Below are positions 1-13,743 of a stretch of 64,000 nt of DNA, piece after piece (within the stretch, counting starts at the first letter, position 1; each line of letters starts with the position of its first letter). The stretch comes from Phaeosaccion multiseriatum (lineage: Eukaryota > Protista > Ochrophyta, other classes). Below the pieces are notes generated by a model, which was not told the origin of the DNA, did no database searches, and saw only the letters and a list, made by a program, of their open reading frames with translations. The stretch covers positions 2,232,001 to 2,296,000 of the forward strand of contig OZ218965.1 in assembly GCA_965112735.1 (NCBI GenBank), given 5' to 3'. Both the position numbers and the translations under genes were made by a program.

Positions 1-56
1 GAGAGAGAGGACCGAACACCGCTTGCAAGACCGCCTGCACCCATCCCAACAGAGAC

Positions 57-146
57 CAAACCCCATCTAACCCCATCTAACCCCATCTAACCCATCTAAT
101 CCCATTAACCCCATCTAACCCCATCTAACCCCGTCTAACCCCATCT
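57..146. repeat. (CCCCATCTAA)n degenerate 10-bp tandem repeat in an APC1 intron
   Basis: About 9 imperfect copies seen directly. Confidence 0.8.
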
Positions 147-223
147 GCACCCATCCCAAGAGAGGGACGAATAAGATGCGCTCACACCTTGATGGGTACG
201 TGCACGCTCTCGTGGGTACACAC

Positions 224-3200
224 CTTGATGGGTACGTGCACGCTCTCGTGGGTATGCACGTCCTTCGCCTCCACGCCGCGCTGCTCCACCGCCAACACGT
301 ACAGGTGCCGCGCGGCCTGAGCAGGCAGTCAGTCAGGATGGCAGCATATGGCAGTAGGTGGCAGCGGATGGCAGGGGATGGCAGCGGATGGTAGGGGATG
401 GCAGGGGATGGCAGCGGATGGCAGTGGACGGTAGTAGATGGCAGGGGATGACGGGGGATGGCAGCATATGGCAGGATATGGCAGCGGATGGTAGGGGATG
501 GCAGCGGATGGGGTGGGTGGTGGGGGATGGCAGCGGATGCGGTGGGTGGTAGTGGATGGCAGTGGATGGCAGCGGATGGTAGGGGATGGCAGCGGATGGC
601 AGGAGATGGCAGCAGATGGCAGGAGATGGCAGCGGATGGAAGCGGATGAGAGCGGATGGCAGGGGATGGGGTGGGTGGTGGGTGAGCGTGTGAGGTACAA
701 GACGAGTACGCGAGACATGGCGAGACATTCCCTTGGTCGAATGGACCTGTCGAACCTCTTGTCTTGTGCATCCATCAACCATCAATCGTCGCCAACCCCC
801 CCTCTCTCCCTTCAATACATAACAGCTGCTCGGTGGTGGGGATGGATCGACATTGGACAACATGTGACTAATGAAGTGAACGCGTGTGTGCCTGTTCGAG
901 CCCTTCACTGGCTTACTGACCTGCAGGTGGTACTGGTTGTCCCCGGGGTGAGAGGGGTAGCGAGGGAAGAACGCCGTGACCAGAGCCGCGACAGACGCGT
1001 CACTTGTGCCCAGGGTGGACATGCCTGGCAGATGACAGCAGATGGTAGCAGATGGCAGCAGATGGCAACAGATGGCAGCAGATGTTACAGGACACAAGGA
1101 GGCTGTGGTTGAGCCCCCCTACCCACCGTCATCACCGCCATCCGTCCGTGAGTGAGCTCTCCCCTCCCCTCCCCTCCCCCCTCTCCTCTCCTCTTCTCTC
1201 TCACCTCCCCCCAGGAAGAGCAGGCCTATTCCCATGCCGAGGGCCATGTGAGTGCCGTAAGTCGTTTCCTTGTCCACCCTCCACCGAAGTTCCCTCAGGA
1301 CCTTCGAAGACGAGGAGGGGAGAGGGAGAAAGGAAGGGGGAGAGGTGAGGTGGGTGGGGGGGGCGGGGTAGGGTCCACCAGTCGGTCCACCAGCCAGTCG
1401 GTCCACCCTCTTACCTTGAGGCAGTCGAGGTCCCCAGTGCCTGCCATGACGAGGGCAAGGCCTGTGGCGGAGGCGCAGATGGCACTGTCCAGCACGGGCC
1501 GCTCCGGCCGCTGGGCAGACAGGGATTGGTCTTTGGGCCCTGGGGACGGGGAGGAGGGGGAGGGATGGCAGTGGATGGGATGGGATGGGATGGGATGGGA
1601 TGGGGAGGATGGCAGTGGATGGGTGGGACGGAATTGGGGACGGTGAGAGCAGAGCAGCGCCGACAACAGTAGAGCAGAACAGAGCAGAGCAGAGCAGAGC
1701 CAGGCAGTGGGCATGGAGTGATTGCGGGTGCGTGCGCGAGTGCATGCATTTACGTAGCGAAGGGGAAGGTCACGCGGCGCTTGACTCCCCCCCCTCCACC
1801 AGCCAACCTTCCATCTTGCCCCCGCCCTCCCCCCCAACCAACTCGCCTTCAATCCCCGCCTCCCGCATCCTCTGAAAGTGCTTGAGCCTGCCCAATATGG
1901 CCTTCTTGGCCTCCGTGCTGCCCGACCCCGCGTAGCGCACACCCAGAGCGAGGCACGCACCTGCCACAATGTTTGCGTGTGCCTGGGGGAGGGAGGGAGG
2001 GAGAGAGGGAGGGAGGATGGGAGGGAGGGAGGGAGGAAGGGAGGGAGGGAGGATGGGAGGGAGGGAGGGAGGGAGGGAGGGAGGGAGGGAAGGAGGGAGG
2101 GAGAGGGGGGAGGGAGGAAGGGAGGAGAGTGGGAGGGAAGAAGAAGAAGAAGGGGCGAAGATGGGTGGGTGGGTGGGACGGAGGGAGGGAGGGAGGAAGG
2201 GAGATAGGGAGGGAGGGAGGATGGGAGGAAGGGACGGAGGGAGGTGGGTGGGTGGGCGCGGCGACAAGTGTGACTTATCCGTGGAGAACCAACCCTCTTA
2301 CCTGCCGGATGGTCTGCCTGTCCACCACTCCAGCGAGTTCCTCCGGCAGGGGCTCAAGCCATGAGAGACGCTCGAGCTCTCTGCACAGGCAGAAGCATAT
2401 GGGCCAGGGAAGGGGAGGGGAGGGGAGGGGAGGGGAGGGGGCTGATTGAGTAGAGGAGTGGAGCAAAGGAGAGAGAGAGAGAGAGAGAGAAAGGTGTATG
2501 GACACTCACAGAAAGAGGGAGGGGGAGAGAGACAGAGACAAGACAGAGAGAGAGAGGCATCATCCGCCCCCCACCCCCGGGTAGAGCATCACTCGCACGT
2601 AACATGACGTAACATGACGTACCTGGTGATGAAAGCGGGCACTTGCTGCTCAATCCACTTGCTGGAGGGCCTGACCTCCTCCCACAGGATGAGGGCCTTG
2701 GCAAGGACTCGCAGCAGCAGCAGGTCAGGCCTGACGCTGTCCAGGAGGAAGAAGGTGTCGGGGAGGGCCACGTGCGAGGCCACGGAAGCATCGTTGCTGC
2801 GGAGGAAGATCAGGCCAAGGGCTGAGCGGGTGGGGGGATGGCAGTGGATGGAGGGGGGAGGAATGGTGTTTGTGAGAGAACAGACGAGAGAGCAGCGGCC
2901 GCCAGAGGGAGGGAAACACCACACACCACACACGCAACGCAAAGAGAGAGGAGAGGAGGAGGTGGGGTGGGGTGGAGTGGTCTCTCTCTCTTCCCATCCT
3001 CCTCTCCACAAACGCTGCATGAGGCAAAGAATAAAGCAAGAATGAAGCAAGAATGAAGCAAGAATGAAGCAAGAATGAAGCATTGACTTGCCCCACACCC
3101 CATACCCCATGCCCCATATGCCCGATATGCCCCATATGCCCCATATGCCTCATGCTCGATGCCCAAACATGCCCAATCATGGTGCCCCCCTCCCCCTCAC

Positions 3201-3501
3201 CCAGGATGGCCCCCGAGGCGGTGACGTCAGTGTTTATAAAGTCCCCCTGATGAATGGTGCTGCAGCGCGAAGGCTCCCACTCCGACCGCACCCCCGTCCC
3301 GTCCTGCGCCAGGTGCTCCCCCCCGGGGTCGTTGCCGCCGGATCCCCCGCCCCCCGAGGCCCCTCCGACGGCGGCTGCGGTGAGACTTGTTGCCCCTCCT
3401 CCGCCCCCCCACCTCCCCCCGGGGTCTCGGCTGCCGCGGATGAAGAGGCGGAGGCGCTCCTCAAGCTTGAGGTCCGCCAGGCCTGAGGGACAGGGAGAGG
3501 G

Positions 3502-3535
<34 letters not shown>

Positions 3536-3811
3536 GCACACACATATGTACACACACGCACGAATTGAGCGAGCACGGCAGAGGACGGCCCATTCAGTCA
3601 TTCAGTCAGTCAGTCAGTCAATCAGTCAGCCAGTCAATCATTCAGTCAGGGATTCGTTCGGCCCCTAGTCGAATGCTTGTGCTTTGTGCGTGTGCTGTGT
3701 TAGTTCTGTGGTTGTGCTGTGGTTGGTTTGGTGCCGTGTGACGGCGTTGGGCCTTCGCTTGCCTTTTGGGGAGGGCACTGGAGAGAGAAAGACACAGAGA
3801 GAGAGACAGAG

Positions 3812-3858
<47 letters not shown>

Positions 3859-6800
3859 AGCGACAAAACCAGACAGAGAGAGAGAGACAAAGCCAGAGGG
3901 GCCCCTACGCACCCGCCATGCGCATCTCCCTCCCCCTCCCGAGGTTGATGTTGCCGAGCGCCAGTCCTGCTGCCAAAGCATACCCTTCCCTGTCTGTGCC
4001 CGTGCTCCCTCCGTCCGAGGGGGGGCGCCGACCGATTTCAGCAAGGAGGAACTCCGTCATTAAGCGGTGCGAGGTGCGCTGTGAGAGGGAAGGAGGAGGA
4101 GGAGGAGGAGGAGGAGGAGGAGGAGGAGGAGGAGGAGGAGGAGGAGGAGGAGGAGGAGGAGGAGGAGGAGGAGCAGGAGGAGGAGGAGGAGGAGGGGGGG
4201 GGGTGTCGGAGAGAGGCGTGGGACAAACCGCAAGAGCTCGTGGCAGCAGATGGCAGCAGATGGCAGCAGGTGGGAGTATAGAGTGTACATTTCTCCTCCC
4301 TTGGCCTGTATGCCTCTCACCTGGTAGAGCATGCCCAGGGCAAGCAAAGCCGCGGCTTGCGCAGTGCTGCTCAGCTCCATTTGGCCTAACGCCATGTTCA
4401 GGCGTATGGACACGGAAGGGAAGGCAATGCCATGAAGAGGCGTATGGACACGGAAGGGAAGGCAAGCAGAGGGAAGAAGGATCGACGCCAGTGAGGGGAT
4501 ATACAGGGGAGTATGGGAAGAGAAGGGGGATATCGACGTCAGTGAGGGTACGAAGAGGCACATGCAACGCACGCACACACACACACACACAAGCACACAC
4601 AGACGCACACACACACGCACACACACACGTGTGTTACTGACTGACTGCTGCTCGCTCCAATGAGTGAGAGAGGGAGCCGAACACGACCCAAGCCATCAGC
4701 CCCTCTGCTGCCATCTGCTGCCATCTGCTGATCTATTGCCATCAGGTGCCATCTGCTCATCCATTGCCATCTGGTGGCTTGCTCTCACCGAAGGGCGGCG
4801 GCAGCAGGCTTGGCAGGTGCAGTCTCAACATCTTGGAGGTGATGACGTCAGAAGAGCCGCGCAGGGCCGCCCCGAAGCCCAGCAGCACACCCACCGTCGT
4901 TGTGTCCTGGGATGGCAGGGGATGGCAGTGGAAGGGGTAATGGTGAAGGAGGAGCGGCGGTGGAGGGGGGAGGGAAGGGGAGGACAGGAGGAGCTTCGAA
5001 GGCACGGCTGACTGACTGACTGACTGACTGACTGACCCCATCAAGGGCCCGGCCCATCACACACACACACACACACACACAGCCTACCTGCTCCTGCGTG
5101 AGGTACTCGTGAATGTCCGTCTTGGCGAGGGCTTGGAGGTGTCCCTGCAGGCCCAGTGCAAGCAGGAAGCCTCCATGCGCGTGGTTCGGCAGCTGCGCGG
5201 GTTGGTTGTACACGATCCAGGTGCGGGACACGCCCTTCCCGCCTGCTGCCATCAGTCAAGCGCCAGGGCAGTACAGGCCAGTCAGTACGCCAAAGAGAAA
5301 GGCACCAGGCAGCAGGCAGGAGACAGCAGAGTAGAGTAGAGCAGAGCAGAGCAGGGGAGAAAAGGGAAGGGGTCAGAGAAGCGCGACAGTTACGACAGTT
5401 ACGACAGTGACAGCTATAGCTTTAGTTACAGCACTCCGTAGAGGAACAGTGACGAAAGAAAAGTGAGTCACACACGCACGCACGCGCGCACGCACGCACA
5501 CACGTACCGCTTTGGCTATTGCTCTGTGCCGAGAGGCGGAGGCCTGCCGCCACCCCATTGTGAAACTCCGGCCACACCACCAACCCCGGGGGGCAGGACG
5601 GGAGACTGCCCGTGTCGAGATTCACCACCACCCCCGTGCTGGCCAGGCGGCCGCTCAAGCACAGGGAGGGGATGGGCAGGGCCTCTGCCAGGATGGGGCG
5701 GATAGACCGGTGCGTCAACATGCCCCTGCCCACCGGGGTGGCAAGTGTGCGGTAGCAGAGAGAGAGGAGGCGTTGCTGCTCAAGGGCAAGGTGCTCAAGG
5801 GAGGAGGACTCGGGAGCCCTGGGCACGTGGAGGCGTACAGGGACGGTGGAGCGCAGCAGGCGACACACCTCCTCCATGCGGTGGTCGGAGGGGAAGCGCA
5901 GCCACGAAGCCGCCTCCATTTGCGCCAGCCCGTCCAGCCCCTGATCGAAGCCGTCCCCGTCGGCTCCTCCTCCTCCTCCTCCTCCCCCTCCTCCCCCTCC
6001 CCCTCCTCTTCCTCCTCCTGCTCCTGCTCCTCCCCCGCCGCCCCCTAGCCCCCCTGCCCCTCCTGCACCACCGCCGCTGCCATCTCTCCCCCCCGCCCCT
6101 CCTCCCCCCCCTCCCCCCCCCCCTTGCCCGTATGCTTGACCCCCCTCCGCCCCATCCATCATACCCGCTGCGGAGGCGGCAGCGACGGCCCCCATCACTC
6201 GGCTCTCGCGCAACACCCCTGGCGCAGTGCCCCCTTGGGTAGCAGGGCCCCCTTGGGTAGCAGGGCCCCCTTGGGTAACAGTGCCCCCTCGGGAAGGATG
6301 AAGCTCGTGCTCACCCCCTCTGCCTCCTTCCCGTCTGTCCCTCTCCGCCCCGTCTGAGGAGGGGAAGGACTCCTCGCTTGACATGGCTCCGAACAAGCCC
6401 GGTGTCGATGCCGGCTTTCCACCTCTCCTGCCCTGCCCATATGCTTGTTGCCCATACGCCTGCACATTGTCTCTCTGCCTCTGCAGAGCGGCAAGGTCCT
6501 CCCTCCCGATGACGTCATACACCGCCGCGGGCCATCCCGGGGGGGCACAAAGCCGACACGTGTGCAGGACCTGCAGCAGCGGCAGAGACAGCCCTACAGG
6601 CACAGCAGAGAGCTGCCCCGGCCCCATTCCCTCTCTCACCATGGTCAGAAGCAGCTCCAGCGCCCGAGAGGCCTCCCTCCCGTCCCCCTGCCCGTCCCGA
6701 CCCGGAGACCGCTTGCTCTTGCTGCCTCTCGTGCGGTCAGTCAGGACGCTGTAGAGAGTCGTCAGCACGCGCACGGACTCTCCCGCGGGACCGGCAAGGG

Positions 6801-9800
6801 CAGGGAATGGGAGGGAGTCAGACACAGCATCAGGGCCTGCGTCTCCCTCCCCGTCCCTTGGCCCCCTTGACGCATGCAATATGCGCCTGTCCGGCACATT
6901 CCGTGCGGGACATTCCGTGCGGGACATTCGTGTGCGCCGAGACATTCCGTACGGAAAAGGGAGTCAACATAGGGAGGGGGGGAGGGAGGGAGGGAGGGGA
7001 CAGACCAGGTGAGGGAGTGGAGATGTGAGGCGAGAGATTAAGAGGGGAACAAATAATAATAATAATAATAATGTGTTTGAGGCCTTCCCGAGACTCCCAA
7101 GACGCTCTCCCCTCCTAAGCTCTGTGGACAACGCACCTCTCTATCCAGCGGTGCAGACACGGCACTCTATCAAAGTGCGTGGGCCGCCGCAAGAGCTCCA
7201 TGAGTCGCCGCACCTCCTCCCCCTCCTCGCCCTCCTCCTCCTCGTTATGGCCCCCGTCACCGCCGTTGTCGCCATCTGCAGCACCATCATCACCAACATC
7301 ATCACAGCCCAGATCCCTCTGGTAGTGGTCGGCGAAGTCCTGCATGCCATGCCCGCATGCCCTCGCCACCTCGAGCAGCAGCCCGCCCAGGCTGTGCAAC
7401 AGCGGCAGCGTGCTCTGACTGGCCTTCAACCCCTCATAGCAAAGGTGCAGAGCGTCAAGCACGTCGGGCAGCACGGGCAACACGGAGCAGCGAGAGGTCT
7501 GCCACTCAACGGCCTCCGCGTCTGTCCCCCGATGGGCCTCCTCCGTCCCCCGGTGGGCCTCAGCGACAATAGCAGCGGCAGTCTCTGGAGTGAGCAGACC
7601 CCCCTTCCCTCCCTTTCCCCCCTTGCCCCTCCTGCGCACCTCTCGCCGCCCGCTGCTGCCGTGATTAGCGCCTCCCGCCCCCTCTGCCCCTTCTGCACTC
7701 TCTGCCCCCTCTGCCCCCTCTGGCCTTGTTCCAAGCAGTACCCCCCCCTCAAGCCCGGCCACGAGCAGTGGGTTCTCTCTTCGGTAGTCGGCGGAGAAGC
7801 CAGAGCTCATGAGGGCCTCCCAAGCCACCCCGCCCCCTCCCCCTGCTGTATCACCAACTGCTGTATCACCAACTGCAGTCTCACCCCCTGTTGGACCACC
7901 ATGTGCCGCCCCACCTGCTGCTGCCGCCCCCTGACCGACCCCCGCACCCCCCTCCCCCTGCTCCTCCTCCCCCTCCTCCTCCTCCCCCTCCTCCTCCTCC
8001 GGTCCCATGATGGTCCGCTGCAGTACGGTCTTCAGCGCCTGTGAGGGCGTGCGTGGGGGCGTGCGTGGGGGCGTGCGTCCGGTTGTGGGACGGTCAGAGC
8101 TCTCCGCCCCACCCGTCGCGAGTACACAAGGACGAGCCAACAGAGAGCCAACAGAGACAACACAGCACAGCAGTCGGTGATACAGCACACCACACCAAGA
8201 GCAGGAAGATGGGGCCCGAGGAGGAGAGTACGACACCTCTCTCTCCTCTCTCCTCTCTCCTCTCCCCTCTCCCCTCCCCCTTCTTCCCTCCCCTCTCCCT
8301 TCTTCCCGTCTCTCTCTCCCCTCCCCTCTCTCCTCTCTCCTCTCTCCTCTCTCCTCTCTCCTCTCCCCTCTCCCTTCTTCCAGTCTCTCCCTCCTCTCTC
8401 CTCTCTCCTCTCTCCTCTCCCTTCTTCCCGTCTCTCTATCCTCTATCCTCTCTCCTCTATCCTCTATCCTCTCTCCTCTCCCCTCTCCCCTCTCTCCTCT
8501 CTCCTCTCTCCTCTCCCCTCTCCCCTCTCCCTTCTTCCCTACCCTCTCCCTTCTTCCCGTCTCTCTCTCCCCTCCCCTCTCTCTTCTCTCCTCTCTCCTC
8601 TCGCCTCTCCTTTCTCCTCCTCACCTGCCACTCGATATCCGTTCCGCCCAAAGCTCCCTCAGGGGACGCGCACAGCCGCTGCCATGCCTGCGGGTTGGTG
8701 ATACAGCACAGAGGGGCGACAGAGGGAGGGAGGGAGGGAGGGAGGGGAAGGGAGTGCTCTCAATACCGCGAGCGAGAGAGCAGAGAAGCCCACAACAAAG
8801 ACTCTTGGTGATATGTCAACAAAAGACGCACATGGAGGCATACAGGCGGAAGGGCTCACCTTCCCAACACCTTCCCAACACCTTCCCAACACCTTCCCAA
8901 CTGGCAGCAGAGCCGTGCTTCCATAAGCCGCCCCCCCCCCTCCATGCACTGCCATCTCCGCCCCTTCCCATCCACTGCCATCCACTGACCTGCCTCGCGT
9001 CTACTCTGAGGCCCATCTTGAGGTGTATGGGCAGGCCCGAGTGGTCAAGCGCGTCAAGCACCGCCTCGGCAAGGGGGGACGCGAACGGCACAAGGGACAC
9101 CCGTACACGGCAGAACGAGCCTTTTGTTGACATAAACACAGCGGAGGCATAGGCAAGCACAGGCGCCCACCGGGGGAGGCAGGCATCGGCGAGGGAGGGA
9201 GGGGAAGGGGACTCAGCATGCTGTCTCTGTCTACAGGAAGGACGTGACAGCGGCACATCGATCGGTGTGGCGCACGTGTATATATATATGCCTACAAGGC
9301 TCTTCCCTCCCTCCTTTCCCCTCCCCTTCCCTCTCCCCCCCTCCCCTCCCCTCCCCTCTCCTCTCCTCTCCTCTCGCCCCTTCCCCTCCCCTCCCCTCCC
9401 CTCCCCTCCCCTCCCCTCCCCTCCCCTCCCCTCCCCTTCCCTCCCCTCCCCTCCCCTCCCCTCCCCTCCCCTCCCCTCTCCTCACCGTCGCTGAGCTCTA
9501 GAGTAACCCTGTCGCTCACGCCGTCCCGGAGCCCCACCACACACACAGGCGAGGAGCGCCTGCCCCTCTCCCTGTCCCCGGTGGGCAGGCCCGAAGCTCT
9601 CTCCGAAGCTTTCTCCGAAGCTCTCTCCCCTGTGGGCAGGCAGCACGAGGCCGCGTCCACCTTGCACACACGCCGTCCCCCGCGAAACAACACGAGCTCC
9701 ATGGGGTAGGGATGGCAGTGGATGTCCACGCCCTGCCCCTGCCCCTCTTGTGGCCTGCTCGGCCGCCGCTGCTGTATCACCAACTGCTGCTGCTGCGTCT

Positions 9801-12800
9801 GCGGCGTCAGAGGGGGGCGAGAGGGTGTCGTCGATGTCGAGGCTGAGGCCGAACCGGAGGGGGGCGGTGGGGGGGGGGGGAGGGGTGGGCCGGGGACGAG
9901 GGCAAGGACGTCTGTTTTGCTCTGGGGCTGTACGGAAGGGTTGAGGGCCTTGCCTCCGCTCGACACGCTCATGCCCACCGCTGCGGCACACGCCAGAGAC
10001 AGAGAGGGCTCCTCCCGCCCGAGAGACACAGAGAGGCAACGCAGAGAGAGGCCGCTGCTGCCGCTGCTGCTGCTGCCGCTGCTGCTGCTGCTGCTGCCTG
10101 TATGACTTTTGGCTTTTGACTCGTGCTGTGGCTGCTGCTCCGCCCCCTGCAGCAAGAGGAAGATGTGCCCCTCCCCATCCAGGAACACATGCCGTGCCGG
10201 CGAAGGGCCCTGTGAGTGACACAAGACAGGCGGAGCACCAACACGTGTGGCTTGAGTGGAAGGAGGAGGGCATAGATGGAAACAGATGGAACATATACGC
10301 AACAACATGTTCATCGTCGTCTTGATGCCTCACCCCCCCCCCACCTCCCTGTCCCCTTCACTGCCATCCCCTCTCCCCTGCACTGCCATCCCCTCTCCCC
10401 TCCACTGCCATCCCCTGTCCCCTCTATTGCCATCCCCTGTCCCCTCCACTGCCATCCCCTCTCCCCTCCACTGCCATCCCCTCTCCCCTCCACTGCCATC
10501 CCCTGTTCCCTCCACTGCCATCCCCTGTCCCCTCCACGGCCATCCCCTGTCCCCTCCATTGCCATCCCCTCTCCCCTCCACTGCCATCCCCTGTCCCCTC
10601 TATTGCCATCCCCTCTCCCCTCCACTGCCATCCCCTCTCCCCTCCACTGCCATCCCCTCTCCCCTCCACTGCCATCCCCTCTCCCCTCCTCACTCACCTC
10701 TTTAGTGTCCTCCCACAGGCGCTGCAGGCCCTTGTCGGGCCACACCCCACAATCCCCGTGTTCCTTTGAATCCCCCTCCTCCGCCCCCATGAGTCCTGAC
10801 ACCTGCCCCCCCTGAGAGCTCCTGTCCGCCGTGGAGGCGAAGAGCGCGTGACTGCCGCTTTGCCCCCCCCCCCCCCTGTGCTGCTGTTGATACTCGTGCC
10901 CAGCGAGGAGGCTAGAGAAGGACGCCCCCCTCCTCCCCCCGCCCCCCCTCCCGAAGAGACAGAGCGGCGGGGCTGGGGACGTGACGTCACGGTGACGCCA
11001 AGAGCGTTGGCCTGAGGAGGAGAGGCAGGCGTATGGGAAACGGACGGGGGAGAGGATGGCAGCGGATGGGGAAGGGAATGTGAGCTCTCTCCATCTCGAT
11101 TGAGGCTCGGAGGGAGGGGGGAGGGCTAAAATGCCCACCTCGCCCTCGGCCCCATCAATTGCCATCCCATCCATCCCACCCACCCCACCCAGGCCGTGCT
11201 GCTGCCCTGTCCTTCCGCCTTGCCAAGCGTATGGGCAAGACGCCTTCTCCCCTCGTCCCTCTCATTGCATGCAAAGAGGCAGGCAGGTAGGTGTAGACAG
11301 GTAGGTACCCGCTCCACTCACTCACTCACTCACTCACTCACTCATTCACTCACTCACTGACTCACTCACTCATCACCCACCCACTCACTCACTCACTCAC
11401 TCACTCACTCACTCACTCACTCACTCACTCACACACTCACTCACTCACTCACTCACTCACTCATTCACTCAGCCCACTCACTCACTCACTCACTCACTCA
11501 CTCACTCACTCACTCCCTCCCTCCCTCCCTCCCTCCCTCCCTCCCTCCCTCACTCACTCACTCACTCACCCACCCACCCACTCACTCACTCACTCACTCA
11601 CTCACTCTCGCACGCACGCACTCACCCACCCACCCACTCGCTCCACTCACTCACTCACTCACTCGCTCACTCACTCACTCACTCATTCACTCACGCACGC
11701 ACTCACTCACTCACTCACTCACTCACTCACTCACTCACTCACTCACTCACTCACTCACTCACGCACCCACTCCATCTGTCACTGAGTCCACTCACCAGCG
11801 CCTGGTTCCTGTCCTCTGACGGCTCCTCCCCGCCCCCTCCGAACAGCCCGGGGCCCGCCCCACCCCCCCTGTGTCTATGTATACCTCCTCCCCCCCCCCC
11901 TCCACCGCCGTGCCGACCGCTGCCGAGGCCTGCTCCCGGCGTGAGAGCCCCTCCACCAAAGGCCTCGTTCACGGGCGCCGGCTGGTGCTTGTCCTTGGGC
12001 CTCTCCAGCCCCCCCCAACCTGCTGCAGTGTTGGCGACCACTGCATTCAGATCAATTCCAATGTCCTGACTTCGGTTGTCGCCGTCTCCTCCTCCCTCCG
12101 CCCCTTCTCCTCCTCCTTCCCCTTCTCCTTCTCCTTCTCCTTCCTCCCACTGCCCTCCCCCTGCCTCTCCCCTGTCGCCTCCAGCGCCCCGTGCTGTGCC
12201 TGGCTCTGTCTTCCCATGCCCCAGCCACGAAGAGCCCCCCCGGGTCTGTTCCCTCCCCCAACCATCACTATCCCCCGCCGCCGGAGCATCCACGAGACTC
12301 CACAGCGAGTGCCTCCCTCTCCTCCGCTCGAAGGTGAGCACAAAGCCATCCTGCACAAAGAGCACCTCATCGCTCGGGCCGAAGGGGGCGTACTCTGCAT
12401 CTGCACACTCAGCAGCCCCTCCCCCCTCCTCGCCCTGCTCCCCCTCCTCCTGCTCGCAGTCCATGCCCTCTGCCCCACCTTCTCGCCCACGCTGTGCCCC
12501 GCCATATGTGTCCGATGGAGGGGGAGAGCACGGCAATGACGACGGTCCTAAAGCGGCCACTGGCTTAGGCTCCTCCAGAGGGTGCCGGAGGGTGAACAAG
12601 CCGGGCACGGGCACAGGTCCAGCTCCCCCCTCCTCCCCGTCGAGGCTGTCGCGGCTGTCGCGGCTGTCGCGGCTGTCGCTACTGAAGCTGCGACGGGGCG
12701 GTGCATCGAGTCTACTCAGGCTGCCGCTGCTCTGGTGCAGGAAGCTTCGGCGACTCAAGGGGCTGCGAAACGCGCCCTCAGCAGTAGTAGTAGTAGCAGT

Positions 12801-13743
12801 AGCAGCAGTAGCAGCAGTAGCAGCAGTAGTAGCAGTAGCAGCAGTAGCAGCAGTAGTAGCCCCGACCCCGCTCTCTCCCCCGTGTCCACTGCTCCTCCTC
12901 CTCGCGTCCGCCTCCTGGTCCTGTTGCTGCTTCTGTCTCATAAACCACTCTTCTTCCTCCTCCTCCTCCTCCTCCTCCTCTTCGTCGTCCCGCTGCTGCT
13001 GCTGCTGCTGCTGCTGGAGGAGCAGGCGGTGCTTTGCAAGTGGGTCTTCACAGTGCACGAGGATGCCTATTTTGAGGGCAAAGAGCTTGGTGGCCGCCAG
13101 AGGAAGCGGCACGTCGAACGCGCTTCCGTCGGGGTAGTACACAGACAACACATCGCCCGGAGATCTAGCAGAAGAGGAGAGAACGCGGGGGGGGGGGAAG
13201 GAGAGGAGGGAAGAGGAGGAGGAGGGAGGTCATGCACGTGCGGGAGGCCTGCGATTCGCTGCAGTGAGGGAGGGAGACCTAGTGGGCCGGCCCTACGCAT
13301 CTTTGTGCAAGAATCATCTCTCACTTGAGTAGCACCATAGCGCAGTCCCCCGGAGGCATCCCTTCGAAACGGCAGCGCAGAGTGTGAGTGACCTCGCTCT
13401 CCCCGCCGTGGAAGGAGCGGTGCACCAGGCCTGAGAGGCTGCCCCACACCGCCGTGGACGCCTTGCTGCCCCGGTCTCGGATTGAGAGCATTTCGTCGTG
13501 CCAGCTGACCAAGTCGCTTCTGAGCCCTCCGTCCTCGCCGTCGGTCGTGCCTGAGTGAGAATGTCCATGTGGGTGCCCGTGCCGCCGCCGCTTGCCTACC
13601 CAGCCCGTGATGCTATGGGCATAGGAGTCGACAGTCGCGCCACCCTTGCTGCTGCCATTGCTACTACGAGGGTGTCCGGGGAAGACGGTGTAGTGGCCCG
13701 CCGGCGGTGTGAAGCTCTCCAAAAGCTCAGCATGGATGGACAT
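224..13743 (-). CDS. APC1: Anaphase-promoting complex subunit 1; multi-exon, 3' end probably beyond the left edge of the window
   Basis: Spliced exons give APC1 motifs in the expected order: SVYYPDGSAFDVPLP, LFTLRHPLEEPKPV, LRFPSDHRMEEVCRLLRS, RTLATPVGRGMLT, WPEFHNGVAAGLRL, TWIVYNQP..HGGFLLALGLQGHL, DREGYALAAGLALG, INTDVTASGAIL, VRPDLLLLRVLAKALILW, AGACLALGVRYAGS, LVMAGTGDL, YGTHMALGMGIGLLFLGGG, DNQYHLQ/AARHLYVLAVE. Probable ATG at 13743. Exons checked include 13743-13325, 13164-11796, 1024-921 and 316-224. Many low-complexity Gly/Glu/Gln insertions. Confidence 0.95.
337..670. repeat. GGATGGCAG-based intronic minisatellite
   Basis: Tandem 10-bp variants (ggatggcagc/ggatggcagg). The same core occurs inverted as a ~22-bp array at 10355-10690. 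Confidence 0.85.
11315..11760. repeat. (CACT)n microsatellite in an APC1 intron
   Basis: Seen directly. Confidence 0.95.

Noticed and set aside
57-146. Telomeric repeat
   Set aside because: It is short and degenerate, lies in an apparent APC1 intron and has unique sequence on both sides.
6890-6956. Short repeats (gacattccgtgcgg) resembling a transposon subterminal region
   Set aside because: No partner inverted repeat, target-site duplication or transposase was found.
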